Shown here: positions 11,501 to 18,725 of the stretch, one piece after another | Position numbering within the stretch: position 1 is the stretch's first letter | Layout: each line of letters begins with the position of its first letter | Assembly: GCA_946965045.2 (NCBI GenBank) | Contig: OX337236.1 | Location: 2,976,001 to 3,040,000, forward strand | DNA length: 64,000 nt | Direction: 5' to 3' | Source of the DNA: Epithemia pelagica | Lineage: Eukaryota > Protista > Bacillariophyta | Position numbers and translations under genes: made by a program | Notes under the pieces: model-generated | Told to the model about the DNA's origin: nothing | Databases searched by the model: none | What the model saw: the letters and a program-made list of their open reading frames with translations, nothing else

Positions 11501-12505
11501 GTCCTGAAGAGTATTGACAAACTGTTTGGTTGACTTGATCCCATAGATATCAGTAACCAGAGTATCTCGACCAACAAAGATTTGTGCGACTTTACCGCCA
11601 TGGTCAACAGCAGGGGTGTCGGAGAAAACCGAGTCAGTAGCAACGGGTTCATGACGTCGAGGTACATTAAGGACCGGATTGCGAGCCTTGAAATGTTTCT
11701 TGAGGGTGTCGTGGTCCAAAGTAATGCTACCATTACGTGTAGTGTGCTTGAACGTATCGGCAATAACATCTTCAGATTGCCAACCAAAGAATGGACGGAA
11801 CTTCTTCCAGTCATACGCTTCCTGGTAACGACGGTGGACAGAGGCATGAAGTGTAGGATCATTACCTTCTGCGTCAGCATAGATAGAAAAGAAGGGTGCG
11901 TCGTCAGGTCCATGATCGTATGGGAGATCCAAAAGGAGATTGAGGTTACAAACAACACGATCAGTGTACTTCCCATAGTTGTCATATGGATGGTTTGACA
12001 TACTACCATCAGTCTTGACGTGTTTCCAATCAGGATCATTGTCAGAGGGTGTGGGAGAATACGAATGGTCCAGAACACCAGGATCCCATGTGTCGGGTGA
12101 CGTGAAGATGATCTGAGGTAAGGTATTCATGTCATCGTCGCTGGGGATACCCAAGGAGTGGATGTAGGCTAACCCATCCTTGATGTGAAGGGGTATAGCA
12201 CGACCATCAAGTGTAGTGATGCGTTGTTTACCATCAACTTTAACAGATCGTTCGTCAACAGCAAGTCCAAAATGCTCAAATTGACCAGGAGCATGGATAG
12301 ATAAGCCCTTTCCATAATAAGCATATTCATTGAAGATGCCGACAATAGGTCTATCATTGGTCTCAAACTTTGCGGCACATGTGACGACAGGAAGTCCAGT
12401 AAGTTCATGGTTATCAATACCCACAATAGTGATATGGCGGCCAGTCTTAGAAAGGATGCGCATGTCAGAACCAGCAAGTCCTCCATTAGCACCACGGTCA
12501 ATCAA
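8543..12505 (-). CDS. pol: Copia-2 Pol (protease, integrase, chromodomain-like insert, RT, RNase H), 1320 aa
   Basis: PR LIDRGANGG; IN VATDSVFSD/LISDGG/HQNKAENR; RT KARLV...YVDD; RH YVDANLMHD...NPADILSK. The stop codon lies in the first six bases of the 3' LTR (TGTTAG). Confidence 0.95.
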   Translation of the reverse strand: MIDRGANGGLAGSDMRILSKTGRHITIVGIDNHELTGLPVVTCAAKFETNDRPIVGIFNEYAYYGKGLSIHAPGQFEHFGLAVDERSVKVDGKQRITTLDGRAIPLHIKDGLAYIHSLGIPSDDDMNTLPQIIFTSPDTWDPGVLDHSYSPTPSDNDPDWKHVKTDGSMSNHPYDNYGKYTDRVVCNLNLLLDLPYDHGPDDAPFFSIYADAEGNDPTLHASVHRRYQEAYDWKKFRPFFGWQSEDVIADTFKHTTRNGSITLDHDTLKKHFKARNPVLNVPRRHEPVATDSVFSDTPAVDHGGKVAQIFVGRDTLVTDIYGIKSTKQFVNTLQDNIRFRGAMETLISDGGSSLISQKVKDILRTLLIGEYRSEPYHQHQNKAENRYQTVKRMTNALMNATGCPANTWLLCLEYVCDLLNHTSSPTHSGRTPLEALSGRPPDITHLLFFPFWDEVYYRVDPAEPNSGSYPSSSDEKLGHWVGFAHNVGDSFTWKILTQDNQIIYRSAVRRVESTTPNLRVDRPSGEDLSEKDDNDKQADTVFICSDSEDPSKPMPTIDFDDMIGRTFLCDTEENGERHRARVIKRVIDLNEEATKQEERVKYIYRKTNSDVDEMISYNQLMEYIERDNQAQTSGDNLFRFRDVIAHQGPLNTTAPDYKGSKYNLLVDWETGETTYEPLSLIANDDPITVAIYGKKHGLLNEPGWKHLKRYVKTSKRLIRATKQSRIKQVHHSVKYKFGLQVPRNYEEAVALDKQHGNTKWQDATELELSQIQSYKTFKDFGKAIFIKGKVSNAPEGYHKIRVHLVFDVKHDGRHKARLVADGHLTKEPVETIYSGVVSIRNLRIALFLGTLNDLEIWGADIGNAYLEALTGEKIFIVAGPEFKELEGHILIIYKALYGLKSSGARWHDVLFDVLTDMGFSPSKADPDIWMRKAPGEDCYEYIAVYVDDLAIISTDPGNICKILKEKYNFKLKGDGPIDFHLGCCYTKDSDGTLVADPRRYIGKMMDTFERIFKAKPKKAKTPLIGGDHPELDDSELLDEEGTSHFQTLIGQLQWVITIGRFDVFTATMTLSRFRAAPRKGHLDRAKRIYGYLAHLPEGAIRFRIGEPDYSSLPTQEFDWTRTVYSNASERIPEDCPTPLGRYVTTTHYVDANLMHDIVTGKSVTAVLHLLNGTPIDWYSKRQSTVETATYGSEFVAARTAIDQITELRHSLRYLGVPIRERSYMYGDNRSVVLNATIPHSILSKRHHLLSYHRVREAIAAKYVAFYWKDGKTNPADILSKHWDFVSIWPMLKPLLFWKGEVQDLNKSNDNKAERTSCGEC
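8549..8556 (-). other. Copia-2 polypurine tract GTGGGGAG
   Basis: Purine-rich run on the minus strand directly abutting the 3' LTR TG. Confidence 0.75.
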
Positions 12506-12517
12506 TTGATTTCCTGG

Positions 12518-14230
12518 TTAAGTAGATTTCCTGGAAAACAAATAGCGTGGAACATGTCCTGCTTGTTTATGCATGTTGGCTTTGAAAGTAACCTTCTTGC
12601 TCGTCTTGGACTTGGCGTTAGAAAGAACACTAGTCAGGTCAGTTGCCGGGTGATTGATATCAGTCGTCATGGCTTGGTTGATAAATTGTGTAACCGGATC
12701 TGAATCATCTGGATGCTCAGGGACTACGCTAGGTGAGTCGTCATCAGATGCAACTTGGTTGGGGTCAGGATCAGGTTCCGGATCAATGTCGAGGGCATGT
12801 ATTTGCACTTTCCTCGGTGTTGTTAATGAAGGTGCTTGAATCATCTTGTTATACTCAATGATCAACTTGCGATCTTCTTCAGAAAGTTTGAACCATAGGT
12901 CACGCGGTAGACTAACCTTGGACGAAGAGGATGGAGATTCAGATGTCACTTTGGTGTTGTGGACATGATACTCCATATCATCTTGTGAGGTTATGTCAGC
13001 ATCTGTATCTTGGCCATATAGTGATTCATGTTGTTTGACATGTTGACGGCGACTATGAACAGATGACTAGGTTGCTTGATCATGGTCATAAGCTGCGTCT
13101 AGAAGGAGACGGATGTATGATTGATAGCAAAGGGATTTTGCACCGGATTTGGTGTTCACCACATTATCCAAGATCTTGACTCGGCGGAGATCAGGTACCT
13201 TTTCTACAGCTTGCATGAGGAAGGTCATCCTGGTATGATCAGGGATGCGATCAGACAATGTCACTAGATTGTCTAGCAAACGTAGCTGCTCTTGAAAGTG
13301 TAGAAGAAATTGACGTGTTGTTCCGCGCCATGTGTCGTCAAGACGTAGATTGGAAATGTAGTTGGTTAAACGGAGGACTTCTCGTTTTGCTAGGTCGGAT
13401 TCGGTATGCAAAGAGTGTAACTTCTGCAATACGGCACGTGCATCTTCATCATGTTCATGTTCACGTACATAGGCTCGACCTTGGTCAGTCTGAATGATAC
13501 GGACAAGAACGGAGTAAGGAAATACTTGTTGCTCTTGAAAAAGTTCTTCGGCATACTCATCATCATGGGGTGGTGTGTATTTGAAATTCAGAACGTTGGA
13601 TAGGCCTTGAGCCTTAGCTGTAGTCTTGAATACACGCCAGAATGAATCGTAGTATCGTTCATCCTTGAATACCTCATATGCAGTTGCGTCGCGCTTAGTT
13701 CCCTTTCTGAATGCTGTAAGGTCTTGTTGAGATTGGGATGCGGTAGTAACTGTGCTGACAGATTTCACGGATGACGGTGACTTCATTGGCGAGACTGGAA
13801 CTTGGCTAGGTGGTCCCTTAGAAAAATCTGTGTTGATCCTCCAAGTGTTGAACTCTTTCCTCGTTAGGTTCATCCAGTCGCTATTGGATAGCTCGTCTTG
13901 AATTTCATTGGTCTTGTATATGGCCCAATAAGCCAAGAGCTTGATCTGCTGTCTTGTGGGGCCTTGTAGATCATGTGTCTGTTTGTTGACCTTGTATTGT
14001 GTCAGTTCATTCATGGATTCCTCGGTATTAGTTTGCATATACGAGATAACATGGGTAATGTTCTCAAAACCATGGTATTTCATCCACTTCATTAAGTAGT
14101 CGGCCCTTTCCTTGGTAAAGAATTGGCAGACAGTAAATATGATGTGGTCGAATAGGTCTGTGTTCGAGACATTGTCTTGGTTATCTTCTCCCTTAGGAGT
14201 CGTAGGTGTCTTGGGTGATTGAGGATCCAT
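12518..14230 (-). pseudogene. gag: Copia-2 gag, in frame with pol, broken by TAG (13067-13069) and TAA (12518-12520)
   Basis: The 387-aa and 152-aa ORFs and pol share one frame. CoDi-like gag motifs FRKGTKRDATAYEVFKDERYYDSF and LRLDDTWRGTTRQFLLHF. Confidence 0.85.
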
Positions 14231-14258
14231 GGTGTTATTTGGTTGGTTCGATGTTTAT

Positions 14259-15329
14259 TTAATGTGCGGTGTGATGTGGTTTATTTAATGTGTGATGTGA
14301 TGTGAACCCGGATGTACCACGTATGCCACGTATGTACCACGTATGTGATACCCGGATGTGTGTTGTGATGTGCGACTCCTGGAAATTTCCGTTGATTCCG
14401 ACAAATTTTCGCCGAGTCTCAACAAATTTTCGCCGAATTTTCGCGATTTGACGGGAATGTGTGGCGTGTTGTGCGACCAAGGGACCCGGATGTGCGTTGA
14501 GTCTAAGTCTTGGAAAGGTTTTGAGAGGACGGGAGTTAACTATGAGTAATAAAGCTTCGGTTTCCGAATCTCCACTCTCTTCCGAATAATCAGAGTCGTT
14601 TCCAGGCTCAGATGGGGCAGCACAAGCAACAGAAGAAGGGGTATCACCTTCAGCCAAGTGGTTCTCGACCTCGGTACGCAAAGGGAAGATAGTTGCACGA
14701 TGGTCCTCGATGGTATGGACCTCGTGGATGTAGGCAACGTAGTTATCTAGGCGTACAACGTTAGGAGGCAGAGGGCAAGTCGTCGCGTTCACGACGTAGA
14801 TGGTATTGTAGTATCCAGTTGGGCGCTCGAAGGTTAGGAAGCGGAGGTGGACAGTACGGATGGGGTTGCCCGAGAGGGCGGCCAAGATGAGGCGACGCCT
14901 CGGAGAACGATGAAGTTGGTCGTTCAGACGGTCAATGTCTTCTTGGTCGACGATGTGGGTCACCGATTGGAACTGGCGTTCGATCTGGGTCTCCCCACGG
15001 ATGATCTCGGGATCGAAGGTCGAAGAAGTTGGTTGACGGAAGTACTTGATATGATCAGCAATCAACCGGGTGGTACGACGGGATCGAGAAGGGACGAGCC
15101 GACGAGGTGGACTCGGGGGCCGAAGCAACGGCGCAGGGATCGGAGCGTGAGGCTGGGTTGGAGTCTCGAATGGGTTGCTGTTGGAACTGTCGACGGAGAT
15201 GTTGACCGATGTGTTGGCTGCCTTCGGCGTCGGCACCAGTTCCTGCTGCACCAGGGTATCGGGCTGCCCGGGATGCAGGTTGGCTTGATAGATCTGTCGT
15301 ACAGGAGTGATAAGCTCGTTAGTATCCAT
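14259..15329 (-). CDS. Extra ORF (ORF0, 356 aa) between the 5' LTR and gag of Copia-2; function unknown
   Basis: ATG 36 nt inside the LTR boundary; open in both copies (56381-57451). Pro-rich N-terminus, globular-looking middle, acidic patch; the tail overlaps short tandem repeats. Out of frame with gag. Confidence 0.55.
   Translation of the reverse strand: MDTNELITPVRQIYQANLHPGQPDTLVQQELVPTPKAANTSVNISVDSSNSNPFETPTQPHAPIPAPLLRPPSPPRRLVPSRSRRTTRLIADHIKYFRQPTSSTFDPEIIRGETQIERQFQSVTHIVDQEDIDRLNDQLHRSPRRRLILAALSGNPIRTVHLRFLTFERPTGYYNTIYVVNATTCPLPPNVVRLDNYVAYIHEVHTIEDHRATIFPLRTEVENHLAEGDTPSSVACAAPSEPGNDSDYSEESGDSETEALLLIVNSRPLKTFPRLRLNAHPGPLVAQHATHSRQIAKIRRKFVETRRKFVGINGNFQESHITTHIRVSHTWYIRGIRGTSGFTSHHTLNKPHHTAH
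14280..14480. repeat. Short tandem repeats upstream of Copia-2 gag (CCACGTATG x3, AAATTTTCGCCGA x2, CCCGGATGT x3)
   Basis: Read directly from 14308-14452. Confidence 0.7.
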
Positions 15330-15354
15330 GAAACCACAAGGAAATAAGCTTTGA

Positions 15355-15365
15355 AACTGTTAATC
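15355..15365 (-). other. Copia-2 primer-binding site, complementary to a tRNA-Asn(GUU) anticodon arm
   Basis: Immediately after the LTR CA the minus strand reads GATTAACAGTT (copy B: GATTAACAGTC), the complement of (G)A-CTGTTAA-TC. There is no TGG start. Confidence 0.65.
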
Positions 15366-16147
15366 TGTTACAATTCTCTTGGAATTGCAGTGGCGTTGAT
15401 GCTCGGTAGAGCAGACAATCAGGTAGTCACCAACCGATACAAACCTCTCCACGGGTAAGAGAGGAAAGCAAGTCGTAGTCTATCAAAAGGATAGTCGGGA
15501 CACAAAAGAGGATGTGATAAATGGTGATATTGTTAGATTGTGTGTTGATTACTACGATAGGTCTACGTGAAATGTTCGGTCCTGCCAAGGGTCATGTGTC
15601 ATAGGTTCTTGGCGGCAACAGGTTTGGAATAGTTGGAGTTGATTCATGTGATGTATATGACATGTATATGTGGACGGATAACATATATAGGGTCAACAGC
15701 TGTTGCTTTGGATTGGCATAGTTGTTTTCAGGGCGCGCAGCTTGTTGACAATTTGGAGATTGTGGGAATGGAAATATGGTCTCGCGTGATCGTGTGTCGT
15801 GCTTGGGATACTTAGACCGTTGGGTCGGATAGATGCCGACAGCGCTCGGATGTCGCTTGGGCGCGCTCGATGATTTCGGGCGCGTACGCTTTGGGCGTTA
15901 GTATAATGTCCGAGCAACGGCCAAATTTACGTCCGTTGTAATACCGCACGACCCAGTTTAGTCTTGAGAGTGAGTTCGTCAATCTATTCTCACTTTTCAT
16001 GATTTGCGAAGAAATATAGGTCAATATAGCGCGAAGCTAGGGAACATAGCTCGAAGCTAGATGGCATGATGCGATAGCACGAGGCTATGTGACATGGAAT
16101 CGATGAGATGTAGAATCTAACCACCATAGACGGTGAGAATTCTAACA
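15366..16147 (-). repeat. Copia-2 5' LTR (782 bp)
   Basis: Direct repeat of 7765-8548, followed by TSD GCCTC. Confidence 0.97.
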
Positions 16148-16777
16148 GCCTCTCTTTCAAAGACTTCGTTGCAACAAAGGATGACTTGATCCAGTTCGGT
16201 GGAACATTTGAGGCGGCTAATGCTCTCTTTTCCCAAAGAATGCAATAGCAATTTCCATTTTTCTTCGAGGGACATTCGATTATTTTGCCCTGAAGAGAAA
16301 CAGGAGAGGCAGTTGGATTTGACCGAAAGCGACGGCAGAATTCTTGATGAAAGTTGTCGTGGCACCAGAAGTCGTCAGGTGCAACAAGCCACTTTTTGAG
16401 TAGGAGAATCGACTGCGCTGGTTATTGCCGGAAGATTTTCCTCGTGGTTTGTCCAAATGTGACAAATGTGCAATAAGTCTTTCCAATTTGGGTGGGAGTT
16501 CTTCGATCTCATCTGTGGCGTTTTCTTGTGTCTGTGTTGTTTCTGTAGCGGCGACTGCTGCACGGGCAACGTTGGAACCCGAATCGGTGACATGTTCCTG
16601 TGTTGTAGTTGTTGTGGTAGTTGCAGGTGCAGTGTTGGTGGGTTCTTCTGAATTGCTGGGAGGAGGTGCGGCATCTTCGGTGGTATGGTCAATATCTGGT
16701 TCGATGAGCGGTTGCGACGAATTTGGTAGAGATGACTCAATTGCGTTTTGCTCCACAGGGGATGCTTCGTTCGACAT
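16148..16777 (-). pseudogene. piggyBac transposase gene, 5' part (separated from the rest by Copia-2; one frameshift near 16410)
   Basis: ATG at 16777 (MSNEASPVEQ...). A second frame LLKKWLVAPDDFWCHDNF...GKIIECPSKKNGNCYCILWEKR...SLKER reads through the TSD into LRQFIEAY...MTAPQV without stops once Copia-2 is removed. Confidence 0.7.
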
Positions 16778-17076
16778 TTCTTTCAGGACACCCCTTCTTC
16801 ACCATGTACTCAGCTGGAATGGAAGATGTTGCAACGATCGGTCGGTCGGTGAATGATTACGAAGGGTGGGAAGTTGGGTCTTCGGCAATGGAAGATGAAG
16901 ATGAGAGAAAATGAGGAAAATCGCCAATTTTTCAAAGTAACATAGCTCCGTGATATCTTCATTTCTACTGTAGAGTATCATATACGAAGTTGTTCAGAAT
17001 TTCAAGATCTATAGAACGATGAAGTCTGATCTGCATGAAATTGAATTTTGATGAAGCTATTGAAAGTCAAAGTTAA

Positions 17077-17142
17077 GGGAGTAGCGTATACGCTGCTCCC
17101 ATATATGGGAGTAGCGTATACGCTACTCGCTTACGAATGGCG
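17077..17142. repeat. piggyBac right end: two palindromic GGGAGTAGCGTATACGCT(G/A)CTC units around CCCATATATGGG, then the TIR
   Basis: Read directly; followed by TTAA. Confidence 0.8.
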
Positions 17143-18725
17143 TTAAGGGATAGGTATTGTACTCGTAGGAGTATAGGTATACATCATATCCCTCCGACTA
17201 GGTGTCCGCTTCTTAGCTCGTCTGTTTGGGCAAGACAAACCCAATCTCACAGACAAAAAAATCAATTGGAAATTTCTAAAAAAATGCTTTTTTCCAATTT
17301 GACCTACTGGAAACACGCCAGCCATCCCTTTCACATACCCTGCTCCAACTGTCAACTGTCATGTCATGGTCCGTCTTCCCCATTCTTGATTGTCGTCCCA
17401 AATTTCGACCCACATTATTATTTTCACCATTCCCCATTCCCCATGAATGACCGATGTCAATGTCAATTCTCCTTTTGTTATGGACAATGGACATGTACCA
17501 TCACAATCCATTCTCCATCATTTGCATACCATAGACATTCGACAGATAGGCCATAGATAGAGTTGGCCGTGCCCCCATCCTTTCTTTGTTTTTAGGAGTA
17601 GTGTTGTTGTTGCTAGTGTTTGTATCCATTTGACATCCACAACACCATGCTTTAGGCTTGTCTCTTTGTATCCACTTGACCTACTCGTGTGTTTCAGAAT
17701 CATTCTCTTCCTTCTTGTGCTATGGAGCATGTTGTAGAGTCCCCTGTACTGCTTGGAAAGACAAGTCATGCTCCTGGCAACAGAAAAAGTACAAGAGGAG
17801 CAGGTCGACATCACAAGCCACTAAAGACTCAAACTGAGCGACAGATGAAAAATGGAAGGCTTCCTCACCTAGTCCTATCTATTTGTGTAGTACAAGAATC
17901 CTACAAATGATGTCGGTTGCCACCTATGGCATCGACCAAAAATGGATGTTTATATGGCACAAACACGTGACACACTATTCACTATGGCAAAGGCGTGAGA
18001 ACCTTAAACTCGGCATTGCCCATTACAATGCAAGTATTAGACATTCTCCAGAACTTACCATCTTGGATGTGCGACAAACATGAGATGCGCAGGGCCCAGG
18101 GACGAAGTATGAGGCCGGTTTTGGTGTTGGTTTGGTCATTGCGTTATTTTGTTGCGTCCTGCATCGATTTTGTGGCCTCTGAACAACATAATTTTTAGTC
18201 TTGTTGAGCAGAACGCCGGCCATCTATCAACTGCCAAATCACGCCAGTCTTTCCAGACGGAAGTGATCATTTTTGCTGGCGGAGTTGGAGTTTTTGGTGA
18301 GCAGGACAGACGATGATAGAGTTGACAGGCAGACGAGCTAAGAAGCGGACACATAGTCGAATCGGCTGTTGGCACGAATTTTTCGCCTGTGAGACAACGC
18401 GGTAGAACAAAATCTCTGATATTGTAGCGTCATTGCTGATGGGCAATGGAAACATATTCGTAGGATTGTAATGGGACATTTGTCATCCATGAAATGATGA
18501 GACACCATGGTAAAAGAGGCATGACGAGAGGTGGTTGGGACGAGAAAGGGTACCCACGGCGGATTTGTGTGTGTATGCTTACCCACGACCGAATAATCGC
18601 CAAAACTCCGTATCGACTCAATGGGCCATTCACATGATGTCGTCGCGGAAACCTCTTACATTCAATACGATAGACGAACGATCGTTTGACGTCTGTCTTT
18701 CAAATAATATAGAGCCAACCATACC

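Larger units (their letters stand above)
7765..16147 (-). mobile_element. Copia-2: full-length CoDi-type Copia LTR retrotransposon, copy A, with 5-bp TSD GCCTC
   Basis: LTRs at 7765-8548 and 15366-16147, both TG...CA. GCCTC at 7760-7764 and 16148-16152. Contains gag, PR-IN-RT-RH, PPT and PBS. Confidence 0.97.
3948..17142 (-). mobile_element. piggyBac-like DNA transposon, copy A (about 4.8 kb after removing the nested Copia-2)
   Basis: TTAA at 3944-3947 and 17143-17146. 12-bp imperfect TIRs: CGCCACACGTAA at 3948-3959 versus the reverse complement of 17131-17142, CGCCATTCGTAA. Related palindromic subterminal repeats at both ends. Encloses a piggyBac-type transposase. Confidence 0.8.

Noticed and set aside
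15357-15365. tRNA-Asn gene
   Set aside because: Only the anticodon arm is present; there is no acceptor stem, D arm or TTC-containing T arm around it.
17072-17150. GTTAAGGGA direct repeat as a 9-bp TSD of a 61-bp mini-element
   Set aside because: The sequence overlaps the palindromic subterminal repeat and the TTAA of the piggyBac end, which explains it more simply.
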